From Candidatus Multivoradales bacterium (GTDB taxonomy: Bacteria; Acidobacteriota; Thermoanaerobaculia; Multivoradales; JAHEKO01), in contig CBDFIJ010000004.1 in the NCBI GenBank assembly GCA_965248055.1, positions 1,568,001-1,632,000 of the forward strand: 64,000 bases of DNA. Reading direction: 5' to 3'. A program made the position numbers and the translations under genes. The first letter of the stretch is position 1. Each line of letters begins with the position of its first letter. Under the pieces are notes generated by a model. It did no database searches, was not told where the DNA came from, and saw only the letters and a program-made list of their open reading frames with translations. Below are positions 23,621 through 32,677 of this stretch, piece after piece.

Positions 23621-24511
23621 TTGAATGTGGTTGGGCCTGTGAGCACGATCGCCCAGGCATTGCTGATCGCCAACCCTGACGCGGGTCAAGGGCTGCCTCA
23701 AGCAGAAAGCGTGGCGGAGGTGTTGCGAGCGCAATTTGAAGTCGTCACATATTTCTCCGAATCTGCCCAGGCGGCGCAGCAGGCCTCCAAGGAGGCCGCA
23801 GCCGAGAGCTATCAAGCGGTCTTTGCCCTGGGAGGAGACGGCACGGTTCGCCAAGTGGCAACTGGATTGCTCGGATCCAAGACCGAACTATGGGTGCTCC
23901 CAGGAGGCACCACCAACGTGGTCTCCAAAGCGTTGGATCTAGACCAAAAGCCGACCAGAGCGGCACAACAACTCCTCGAGGGCACCGTAATCGAGGCTGA
24001 TACCGGCCTAGCCGGACAAGAAATCTTCTTGATGCAAGCTTCGGGTGGACTCGACGTTGAGGTTCTGGAATCGGTCAATCCGATCGCCAAACGCCATCTT
24101 GGCCGTGCGGCATATGCGGCGCCCGCGGTGCAGCGCTGGTGGCAATACGATTACCCGGAGATCGAGATCGAGACCGAAGGAGTGCGCCGCAAGGTCGCGT
24201 TCTTTGCCGCTTGCAACCTTCCTTACTACGCTGGGCGTTTCCGGCTGGCACCGCACGCGGACTTCACCACGCGTCAATTGGAGTTGATCACTCTCAGTAA
24301 GACAGGGAAATGGGCTGCGTTGGAATTCGCCGTGGCGCTCGCCAGAACGCAGCACACCGATCTACAGGGTGTCGCCGCCAAGAATTTGCAGCGGTTGGTG
24401 GTCCATGGACCCGCCGATCTCCACATCCAACTCGACGGAGATCCGATTCAAATCCAGCTGCCGCTAGAGATCAAAGTGGCGCCCGCGTCGCTACGTCTGC
24501 GGGTTCCCTAA
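23621..24511 (+). CDS. Diacylglycerol/lipid kinase family protein (YegS-like)
   Basis: NPDAG, GGDGTV, PGGTTN, QLDGD. Start may be GTG at 23639. Confidence 0.88.
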   Translation: MNVVGPVSTIAQALLIANPDAGQGLPQAESVAEVLRAQFEVVTYFSESAQAAQQASKEAAAESYQAVFALGGDGTVRQVATGLLGSKTELWVLPGGTTNVVSKALDLDQKPTRAAQQLLEGTVIEADTGLAGQEIFLMQASGGLDVEVLESVNPIAKRHLGRAAYAAPAVQRWWQYDYPEIEIETEGVRRKVAFFAACNLPYYAGRFRLAPHADFTTRQLELITLSKTGKWAALEFAVALARTQHTDLQGVAAKNLQRLVVHGPADLHIQLDGDPIQIQLPLEIKVAPASLRLRVP

Positions 24512-24512
24512 A

Positions 24513-25703
24513 TTAGCTGGCCGCATCGGCTCGATAGCCACTCGACTCAATCGCCGAACGAATTGCCGCCGTATCGGCGTTTCCCGCGACCGCCACCTCA
24601 CCGGCAGAAAGGTTGGCGGTCGCCGAATTCACTCCTGGAACCTCCTGGACCGCTCGCTCAACTTGCATCACACAACTCTCACAAGTCATTCCAGACACCG
24701 GGATGACGATATCCGCCTCGCTCGGCACACGGCCTTGCCACCAACGCCGAAGGTCGCGCAAGGCAAACCAGATCAAGACGGCGACCAGCAAGATCGCGGC
24801 GGGCGGCTCCCAAGGCTTGACAACGTGATGCTGTACCGCGGCGGTTGCCGTCGACACCGGCACCAGAAAATCGAACAACCAGCCCATCGCCAGGCTGCCG
24901 ACGATCAAGGTCCCCAAGTAGACCGTCAAAGATCGGCGACCCAATCCTCGGTACACAGCGCCTATGGTCGCGACGTTGGTCGCGGGTCCAGCCATCAAGA
25001 AAACCAATGCTGCGCCTGCCGGGACTCCCGCCGAAACCAAGGTCGCAGCGATCGGCACCGAGGCGGTCGCGCACACGTAAAGCGGCAGCGAAAACGCCAG
25101 CGCCACAAGGCCGGTCAAAAGTGGGGGCCAATCGGCGATCCCGGCCATGGCTCCCGCCGGTACCCAAGTATCAATCGCTGCGGAAACCAAGATTCCAAAC
25201 GCCAGCCATCTCCAGATCATGTGCAAGAGATCGACGGTGTAGTCGTAGATCTCCCTAAACGACTTGCGGTGACTGGTTTCCACTGGGGCCGCCTCGACCT
25301 CACCAATCTGGTGAGGACCACTGTCGGCAAGCCAGCCACCGACGACTCCGGTCACTGCAGCGGCGGCCACTTTAAACAGAGCAAACGGCCAGCCGAGAAA
25401 CGACGCCGACACCAAAATCGAATCGACTCCAGTTTGCGGTGTTGAGATCAAGAATCCGACCGCCGCCCCGTCGCTAGCACCTTCCTTTTTCAATCCCAAT
25501 CCGGCGGGGATCACGCCGCAGGAACACAATGGCAAGGGAACCCCCAAGGCAACCGCCTTGAGCACTCCCGCCCGCCCTCGAAACTGGCGATGAATCCAAG
25601 TCGGCGGCAGCAACCCGTGCAACACCCCAGCGATCGCTGCTCCGAGCAATAGCCAGGGAGCCAAAGACAACAAAATCGCCCACATCGATTCAAAGAAAAT
25701 CAT
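24513..25703 (-). CDS. SO_0444/ArsP-like metal permease with a C-terminal HMA domain
   Basis: PLPLCSCGVIP, STPQTGVDS, YVCATASVP, AGPATN. HMA motif GMTCESC. Confidence 0.9.
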   Translation of the reverse strand: MIFFESMWAILLSLAPWLLLGAAIAGVLHGLLPPTWIHRQFRGRAGVLKAVALGVPLPLCSCGVIPAGLGLKKEGASDGAAVGFLISTPQTGVDSILVSASFLGWPFALFKVAAAAVTGVVGGWLADSGPHQIGEVEAAPVETSHRKSFREIYDYTVDLLHMIWRWLAFGILVSAAIDTWVPAGAMAGIADWPPLLTGLVALAFSLPLYVCATASVPIAATLVSAGVPAGAALVFLMAGPATNVATIGAVYRGLGRRSLTVYLGTLIVGSLAMGWLFDFLVPVSTATAAVQHHVVKPWEPPAAILLVAVLIWFALRDLRRWWQGRVPSEADIVIPVSGMTCESCVMQVERAVQEVPGVNSATANLSAGEVAVAGNADTAAIRSAIESSGYRADAAS

Positions 25704-26017
25704 TTGGTCGGCAGGCCTCCGTAGCGAGAAAAGACTTCCATCAGCTCCTCTACCTGTCGATCTTGCTCGGTGACATCCCCACTGCGAAAAGCGCTGGCGA
25801 CGCAGTGCTCGATGTGGGAGCCCAATAGCATCTGGCCAACCCGACCCAGGGCGCCTCGTACCGCAGCAATCTGCACCAGAATGTCCACGCAATAGGCATC
25901 TTCTTCGACCATTCGGCGTACCGCAGCGAGCTGACCTTCCGCCCGCGACAGCCGCCGCAAGAGAGGCTGGCGCAAGTCAGCATGACTGGTGGTTCTTTTT
26001 GGTTTTGCTTCACTCAT
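25700..26017 (-). CDS. csoR: CsoR/RcnR family metal-sensing repressor
   Basis: RLSRAEGQL, YCVDILVQIAA, HIEHCV (C-H-C ligand set). Confidence 0.9.
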   Translation of the reverse strand: MSEAKPKRTTSHADLRQPLLRRLSRAEGQLAAVRRMVEEDAYCVDILVQIAAVRGALGRVGQMLLGSHIEHCVASAFRSGDVTEQDRQVEELMEVFSRYGGLPTK

Positions 26018-26027
26018 TAGGTCCCGT

Positions 26028-26050
26028 ATTATATACCCCACTGGGGTATA
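26028..26050 (-). promoter_or_regulatory. CsoR operator overlapping a TATAAT -10 box
   Basis: Perfect palindrome TATACCCCA-C-TGGGGTATA (26032-26050), the C-tract/G-tract form typical of CsoR sites. TATAAT at 26033-26028. Confidence 0.85.
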
Positions 26051-26203
26051 CAATACGATCTCACCTATCTGACTCTCTGCGCTTCAAAACACAACTGAAA
26101 TAGGGGCTCAGCGTAGAACTGGCGTGGAGCTGGTTCGGAAATCTAACGCCGCCCAATCTGGGTCACACCGATCGCCAACAACATCCCTGGTAGCGTAAGG
26201 ACT

Positions 26204-26551
26204 ATGGAACCCCTCTCCCTGGACAAGTTTTGGACTTGGTTCGAGCAGCACGCCAACTGTCTAACCCGAGTAGCCACCCCAAACACCGTTCTCTACGACG
26301 ACGAGTCGGTCCATTGGGTGATCGGACTCGAACGCAATACCTGGGTGATTCAGGCGATTCGTGGAAAACGGATCGCAGGCGAAGTTTTGATCGACACTAG
26401 TCAACTCAGCCACGTTCTACCGCTGATGGAAGAACTCGACGAACACGGATTCGAGGCGATGTCCGAGAACGAACCGAGCCGTTCAGTGGCTTGCGTTTTC
26501 TTTTTCACCCACGGATTTGAAGAGGACGAACACAACGCTTCCGTGCATTAG
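26204..26551 (+). CDS. Hypothetical protein
   Basis: 115 aa ORF with AAGGA RBS filling an intergenic gap. No family recognised. Confidence 0.7.
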   Translation: MEPLSLDKFWTWFEQHANCLTRVATPNTVLYDDESVHWVIGLERNTWVIQAIRGKRIAGEVLIDTSQLSHVLPLMEELDEHGFEAMSENEPSRSVACVFFFTHGFEEDEHNASVH

Positions 26552-26585
26552 AGGGGACACAAGCAAAGTATTGTGTCCCCCTCTA
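26549..26585. repeat. Palindromic repeat, probable bidirectional terminator
   Basis: TAGAGGGGACACAA-GCAAAGTA-TTGTGTCCCCCTCTA between convergent genes. Confidence 0.65.
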
Positions 26586-28472
26586 GCGCCGCTTCTTGCC
26601 CAAATAAAGATCGGTCACCGTACCTTCGAACACTTCGGCGGCCATCGCCACGGTCTCCGAGAAGGTCGGATGCGGATGGATGGTGAGGCCCAAGTCGGCC
26701 GCCTCGGCACCCATTTCGATCGCCAAGGCGATCTCGGCGATCAATTCACCAGCATGAGGGCCCACCAGCCCAGCACCCAGCACCTTGTTGGTGTCGGGGT
26801 CAAAGAGGATCTTGGTCGTGCCCTCGGTTCTGCCAACACCGATTGCGCGACCACTGGCTGCCCAAGGAAATGCCGCAACTTGATATACAACGCCACTCTC
26901 CTTGGCTGCCGTCTCGGTCAGTCCGGCCCAAGCGATTTCGGGGTCGGTGTAGGCCACTGAGGGGATCACGCGAGCGTCAAAAGAGCTCTTGTGTCCAGCG
27001 GCGACCTCGGCTGCCACCTTGGCCTGGTGGGTCGCTTTATGCGCTAGCTGGGGCTCTCCCACCAAATCACCAATCGCAAAAATATGCGGTTGGTTGGTGC
27101 GCTGCTGGCGATCCACGGTGACAAAGCCGCGGCCATCGACGGTAATCTCTGCCGCCTCAATGCCAATGCGGTCCGAGTTGGCTCTTCGACCAACCGCGAC
27201 CAAGACTCGGTCAAAGGTCTCGGGGTCGCCTTGGTATTTACCCTCGTAGGTGGCCACTAGCCCATCTTCGCTTGCCTCAATCGAACTTGCCTTGGTACCC
27301 AAGAGAATGCGGCAGCCTTGCTTCTTGAGCCTTCGCTGCAGGGGGCGCACTAAGTCCAGGTCGCAGCCTGGAATCAACTGAGGCTTGAGTTCCAAGATCG
27401 TGATCTGGGATCCCAGTGCCGCGTAAACGGTCGCCATCTCCAACCCAATAATGCCGCCGCCAACCACCAACAATCGTTCCGGAACCGTGTCTAGCTTGAG
27501 AGCATCGGTTGAGTCCCAAATGCGGGGATCATCGTAGGGATAGCCCGGCAGCTCAAAGGGCCGCGAACCCACCGCCAAAATCAACTGGTCAAAAGAAACC
27601 GTGCTGACCCCACCCTCGCCGTCAATCTCAAAGTGATGAGTTGAAGCGAAACGGGCGATCCCCTGCCGCACCTCCACCCCGCGTTGTTTAGCCATCGTCG
27701 CCAAGCCGCCGGTTAGACGACTTACGACCCGATCCTTGAACTGCACGAGTTGCCCCAGGTCGATCTTGGGCTCGCCAAAGTCCACACCGTGGTCGGCCAT
27801 GGCGGCGGCGGCAGAAATGACCTCGGCAGTGTGCAGCAAGGCCTTGGACGGAATGCAGCCGACGTTCAAACACACTCCACCCAAATCCGCATACTTCTCA
27901 ATCAGCAGCACCGGCAGGCCAAGATCGGCAGCGCGAAACGCTGCGGTATAACCACCGGGACCGGCGCCGAGAACCACCAAAGGATGGTGTTCGTCGGCTA
28001 CTGCACGAATCTCCGCTGGCGCGGCTGGGGAAGGAACGGCCTGCGATGGAGCAGCAACAATTGTAGTTGCAGTCGCGGTCGACTGCCTTGCTTCCCCCTT
28101 TGTCTGGGCGGGCTGCGAAGCGCTGGAGTCGGCTCCCGCGACACTCGGAGTTACGACCTCAGAGGTGCCTTCTCGCTCTTGCCCATCCAGCGCTTGCGAA
28201 GTGGATGCAGCCGCCTCGTCCACGACCTCGTCGACCTCCAAGGCAAGAATTACAGCTCCTTCGCGCGCCGGGTCTCCCACCGCCAAGTGCATTTTCGCCA
28301 CCAGTCCCGCCTGCGGCGCGGGTACGTCCATCGAAGCTTTCTCGCTCTCTAGAACAATCAGGCTGTCGTCGACCGCCACGGCATCGCCGACGCTGACCAA
28401 AACCTCGACCACAGCGACGTCATCGGCGCCACCCAAATCTGGAATACGAACTTCAACCTGTGTCACAGTCAT
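26583..28472 (-). CDS. lpdA: Dihydrolipoyl dehydrogenase with an N-terminal lipoyl domain
   Basis: ESEKASMDVP lipoyl site, GGVCLNVGCIPSK, HPHPTFSE. Confidence 0.96.
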   Translation of the reverse strand: MTVTQVEVRIPDLGGADDVAVVEVLVSVGDAVAVDDSLIVLESEKASMDVPAPQAGLVAKMHLAVGDPAREGAVILALEVDEVVDEAAASTSQALDGQEREGTSEVVTPSVAGADSSASQPAQTKGEARQSTATATTIVAAPSQAVPSPAAPAEIRAVADEHHPLVVLGAGPGGYTAAFRAADLGLPVLLIEKYADLGGVCLNVGCIPSKALLHTAEVISAAAAMADHGVDFGEPKIDLGQLVQFKDRVVSRLTGGLATMAKQRGVEVRQGIARFASTHHFEIDGEGGVSTVSFDQLILAVGSRPFELPGYPYDDPRIWDSTDALKLDTVPERLLVVGGGIIGLEMATVYAALGSQITILELKPQLIPGCDLDLVRPLQRRLKKQGCRILLGTKASSIEASEDGLVATYEGKYQGDPETFDRVLVAVGRRANSDRIGIEAAEITVDGRGFVTVDRQQRTNQPHIFAIGDLVGEPQLAHKATHQAKVAAEVAAGHKSSFDARVIPSVAYTDPEIAWAGLTETAAKESGVVYQVAAFPWAASGRAIGVGRTEGTTKILFDPDTNKVLGAGLVGPHAGELIAEIALAIEMGAEAADLGLTIHPHPTFSETVAMAAEVFEGTVTDLYLGKKRR

Positions 28473-28495
28473 TCCCTATCAAAAGTCAGCCCCTG

Positions 28496-29800
28496 TCAGA
28501 GTTGGAAGTTGCTCGGATCGGCGAGCAGTCCGCCGAGGAAGGTGGTGAAGCGAACCCCCAACGCACCATCCACCACACGGTGGTCATAGGACAAGGAGAA
28601 TGGCAGCATCAACCGAGGAACAAACTCCCCGTCGACAAACACCGGGGTCATGCGAGAACGGGCAACGCCCAAGATCCCGACTTCTGGAGAGTTGACGATC
28701 GGGCTGAACCCGGTGCCGCCGATCCCGCCCAAGCTGGATACGGTAAAAGACGCTCCCTGCAACTCGTTGATGCGTAGTTTTCCCTCTCGAGCTCGCGCAG
28801 ATATCCCGCCCAGCTCAGTGGCAATCGCCAATGCGCCCTTCTGATCGACATCCCGCACCACCGGAACCACCAGTCCGCCCGGCGTGTCGACCGCCACCCC
28901 CAAGTGATAACTCTTCTTGAGAATCACTTCCCCGGCGTCTGCATCGATCGACGCGTTGACCAGGGGAAATTCTTGAAGAGCTGCGGCGACCGCTTGGAGC
29001 ACAAACGCCAACGGGGTCAAACGGATCCCTTGCTCTGCCGCCACCGGTTTGTTTTTCTTGCGATACCGCTCCAGATCCGTGATGTCCGCTTCATCAAACT
29101 GGGTCACATGCGGCACGTGCAACCAAGAACGGTGCAGATTCGGTCCCGAGGCTTTCTGAATCCGCGTCAGCGGCTGCCGTTTAATGGGACCAAACTTGGC
29201 GAAATCCACCTTGGGCATCGGCGGCAAGGCTGAGCCCGCCTGGGTGGACCTCCCAGCGAGTTGCTGCATAACGAAAGCCACTACGTCCTGGCGAACAATC
29301 CGACCCTTGCGACCACTGCCGGTCACTCGACCCAGGTCGACGCCCAGCTCGCGCGCGAATCGACGCACTGCGGGGCCGGCGTAGGCGGCGGCGAAAGATC
29401 GCTCATCGATCACCGGAAAGGCAGACACGCGGGTAGCCGATGTGACAGTCACCGGCGGAGTGGCCTCCGCGGGTTCTGGTTTCACCGGAGTTGAAGCGGC
29501 CTCTATCGCACTGTTTTCGGTGACTGCACTGTCGGTCGCTTCAACTTGGGAAGCTACGACCTCCAGCGTCGCCACCAGTGCGCCTTCCTCCACCGTATCT
29601 CCCACTGCCAGATGAATCGCCACCACCGTTCCGGCGTGGGTGCTGGGCACGTCCATCGATGCCTTCTCGCTCTCGAGCGCGACCAGGGAGTCATCGACGT
29701 CAACCGAATCTCCGATGGAGACAAATACTTCAACAACCGTGACGTCGGTAGCTCCGCCTAAGTCGGGGATAGAGAGCTCTTGCTGGATCAGGTCGGCCAT
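28496..29800 (-). CDS. aceF: Pyruvate dehydrogenase E2 acetyltransferase (one lipoyl domain)
   Basis: ESEKASMDVP, GSGRKGRI, SYDHRVVDG. Confidence 0.95.
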   Translation of the reverse strand: MADLIQQELSIPDLGGATDVTVVEVFVSIGDSVDVDDSLVALESEKASMDVPSTHAGTVVAIHLAVGDTVEEGALVATLEVVASQVEATDSAVTENSAIEAASTPVKPEPAEATPPVTVTSATRVSAFPVIDERSFAAAYAGPAVRRFARELGVDLGRVTGSGRKGRIVRQDVVAFVMQQLAGRSTQAGSALPPMPKVDFAKFGPIKRQPLTRIQKASGPNLHRSWLHVPHVTQFDEADITDLERYRKKNKPVAAEQGIRLTPLAFVLQAVAAALQEFPLVNASIDADAGEVILKKSYHLGVAVDTPGGLVVPVVRDVDQKGALAIATELGGISARAREGKLRINELQGASFTVSSLGGIGGTGFSPIVNSPEVGILGVARSRMTPVFVDGEFVPRLMLPFSLSYDHRVVDGALGVRFTTFLGGLLADPSNFQL

Positions 29801-29805
29801 CAGAT

Positions 29806-32478
29806 TCAAATTGTCCAAGGCGCTTGGCTGTCTGGGTTGATACCAAATTCGCGGATCGCCCGGGAAACCACCGCAGACTCGATCAAGCCTTGCTCAGAGA
29901 GAGCGTGTAACGCTGCTACCACCACATGGTAGCGATCGATCTCGAAGAATCGACGGAGTTTGGAGCGGGTGTCGCTACGGCCAAAGCCATCGGTGCCCAG
30001 CACTGAGTAGGGACGTTTGACCCAGGGCCGGATCTGATCCGCGACCGTGCGCATCCAATCGGTTGAGGCAATCACCGGACCTAACCGATCGGCAAAGCAC
30101 TGCTCGACATACGAAAGCTTGTTTGGGTCGCCCGGGTGCAATCGGTTCCAACGTTCCGCCGCCATGCCATCTCGGCGCAGTTCATTGAAGCTGGTGGCGC
30201 TCCACACCGAGGCTGCGACCTCGTAATCGTTGCGCAGGATGGTGGCGGCGGCCTCCACTTCGCGCAGGATTGACCCACTGCCGAGAAGGTCCACGGCTGG
30301 CTCAGTATCGGTCGATTCGACCCCATCCAAGAGATATAGGCCGCGACGAATCCCGTCCTCCACGTCCTCCGGTAGAGGTGGATGATCATAGTTTTCATTG
30401 AGCAAGGTGACGTAGTAAAAGACCCCTTCGCCCTCTTGATACATCCGCCGAAGGCCATCCTGAAGAATCACCGCCAACTCGTAGCCGTAGGTTGGGTCGT
30501 AGGCGATGCAGTTGGGTACGGTTGAAGCGGCCAAGTGACTGTGACCGTCTTGATGCTGCAGTCCTTCGCCATTCAAGGTGGTTCTACCCGAGGTCGCGCC
30601 GAGCAGGAATCCATTGGCTTGCATATCCCCGGCAGCCCAAATTAGGTCGCCGACGCGCTGAAATCCGAACATCGAATAGAAGATGAAAAACGGAATCATG
30701 TGGCGACCGTAGTTGGTGTACGAGAGTCCAGCGGCAATCCAAGAGGACAGCGCGCCGGCTTCAGAGATTCCCTCTTCCAGGATTTGGCCGGTCTTGGATT
30801 CCCGGTAGTAGGCCAACTGCTCATGATCTACCGGCTGATAGAGCTGGCCTTCCGAGGCGTAGATCCCGACCTGGCGAAACATGCCTTCCATGCCGAAAGT
30901 GCGCGCTTCGTCGGCGACGATCGGCACCACTCGATCCTTGATCTCCTTGTTACGCGTCAGAGTCATCAACCAGCGGACAAAGGCCATGGTGGTCGAGACA
31001 TCCCGGCCACCCGAGCCCTTGAGCACACTGCGAAACGATTCGAGGTCGGGAACGGTCAGAGGTTGGGCGTCGGTGAGCCGGGCCGGAAACCACCCTCCGA
31101 GCGACTCCCGCCGCTCTCTGAGATAGGCCATCTCCGGAGAGTTCTCCGCCGGTTTGTAGAACGGCAACTCATCGAGCTGCTCGTCGCTGATCGGAATCGC
31201 AAACCGGTCGCGGAAATGGCGCAGCGCCTCTTCACCCATCTTTTTCTGTTGGTGGGTGATGTTCTGCCCTTCGCCGGCCTCGCCCATGCCGTAGCCTTTG
31301 ATGGTCTTGGCCAAGATCACCGTCGGGCGACCCGTGTGCTCCATCGCCGCCGCGTAGGCTGCATAAACCTTGTCTGGGTCATGACCACCGCGCTTCAGGC
31401 GCCACAGGTCGTCGTCGGAGAGATGGGCGACCATCTCCTGCAACTCAGGATGCTTGCCAAAAAAATGTTCGCGCACGAAGGCGCCGTCGTTGGCACCGTA
31501 GGCTTGATAGTCGCCGTCCACTGCTTCTTCCAACCTCTGACGCAGCAAACCACCGGGGTCTTGCGACAACAAGGGATCCCAGTTGGCACCCAGGATCACC
31601 TTGATCACGTTCCAACCGGCGCCGCGAAACACCCCTTCCAGTTCTTGGATGATCTTGCCGTTACCGCGGACGGGACCATCCAACCGCTGGAGATTGCAGT
31701 TGATGACAAAGATCAGATTGTCGAGATTCTCGCGAGCTCCGAGTGAAATCGCGCCCAGCGATTCTGGCTCGTCGGTCTCTCCATCACCGAGAAAGGCCCA
31801 GACTTTACGATTGCCGGCGGGCACAATGCCCCGGTTATCCAGATACTTCATAAACCGGGCTTGATAGATCGCCTGAATCGGCGCCAAGCCCATCGACACG
31901 GTGGCGAACTGCCAGTAATCGGGTTTCAACCAAGGATGAGGATAGGAAGGGAGTCCACCATCGAGTTCCCGGCGGAATAACCGCAGTTCCTCTTCACTCA
32001 CCCGCCCCTCGAGAAACGCGCGAGCATAAATCCCCGGCGAACTGTGTCCTTGGAAATAGACCAAATCCCCAAGGTGGTCCTCACTTCGCGCGTGAAAGAA
32101 ATGATTGAAACCCACCTCGTAGAGCGTTGCCGCAGAAGCGTAGCTGGCGATGTGCCCGCCCAGAGATCCCTCTCCTCGGTTGGCGCGAACCACCATCGCC
32201 AGCGCGTTCCAGCGAATGATCGACTTGATGCGTCGCTCTAAAGCGGGGTCTCCTGGGCGCTTCTTTTCCTGGTGCGGGGGAATCGTGTTTACGTAAGCGG
32301 TGGTCGCGTTGTAAGGCAGGTAAGCCCCGCGACGACGCGCCCGGTCCACCAGCGACTCAATTAGAAAATGTGCCCGCTCCGGCCCGTCGCGTTCGATGAC
32401 TGCTTCTAGCGCGTCCAACCATTCTTTGGTTTCTTCGCCGTCTACATCTGCGTTCTTGCGTTCAATCCATGTCTTCAT
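29806..32478 (-). CDS. aceE: Pyruvate dehydrogenase E1, homodimeric type
   Basis: GGHIASYAS, GDGETDEPES, NCNLQRLDGPV, GEGLQHQDGH. Confidence 0.97.
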   Translation of the reverse strand: MKTWIERKNADVDGEETKEWLDALEAVIERDGPERAHFLIESLVDRARRRGAYLPYNATTAYVNTIPPHQEKKRPGDPALERRIKSIIRWNALAMVVRANRGEGSLGGHIASYASAATLYEVGFNHFFHARSEDHLGDLVYFQGHSSPGIYARAFLEGRVSEEELRLFRRELDGGLPSYPHPWLKPDYWQFATVSMGLAPIQAIYQARFMKYLDNRGIVPAGNRKVWAFLGDGETDEPESLGAISLGARENLDNLIFVINCNLQRLDGPVRGNGKIIQELEGVFRGAGWNVIKVILGANWDPLLSQDPGGLLRQRLEEAVDGDYQAYGANDGAFVREHFFGKHPELQEMVAHLSDDDLWRLKRGGHDPDKVYAAYAAAMEHTGRPTVILAKTIKGYGMGEAGEGQNITHQQKKMGEEALRHFRDRFAIPISDEQLDELPFYKPAENSPEMAYLRERRESLGGWFPARLTDAQPLTVPDLESFRSVLKGSGGRDVSTTMAFVRWLMTLTRNKEIKDRVVPIVADEARTFGMEGMFRQVGIYASEGQLYQPVDHEQLAYYRESKTGQILEEGISEAGALSSWIAAGLSYTNYGRHMIPFFIFYSMFGFQRVGDLIWAAGDMQANGFLLGATSGRTTLNGEGLQHQDGHSHLAASTVPNCIAYDPTYGYELAVILQDGLRRMYQEGEGVFYYVTLLNENYDHPPLPEDVEDGIRRGLYLLDGVESTDTEPAVDLLGSGSILREVEAAATILRNDYEVAASVWSATSFNELRRDGMAAERWNRLHPGDPNKLSYVEQCFADRLGPVIASTDWMRTVADQIRPWVKRPYSVLGTDGFGRSDTRSKLRRFFEIDRYHVVVAALHALSEQGLIESAVVSRAIREFGINPDSQAPWTI

Positions 32479-32677
32479 GTTGTGCTCTCACCCGGATTTT
32501 TTCGCCGCGGGCGAAGTCCGCGTATTGTACGTTGCTTGACCATTTGAGGGTTGAAAGTTCCCGCCCCCTCACCTCAAACCGTGGGAGGACTGGGGAGCGG
32601 TCGGGTCGTCGGCATCTCCCGTTGGAGAAGATCCCCGACCACCAAACCCCCTCCCTTCGGGGATGACAGCTTGGAAT

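Noticed and set aside
32631-32667. ATCCCCGA...TCGGGGATGAC hairpin resembling REP-like repeats
   Set aside because: Single copy in the window; may simply be a terminator for the upstream lipoprotein gene.
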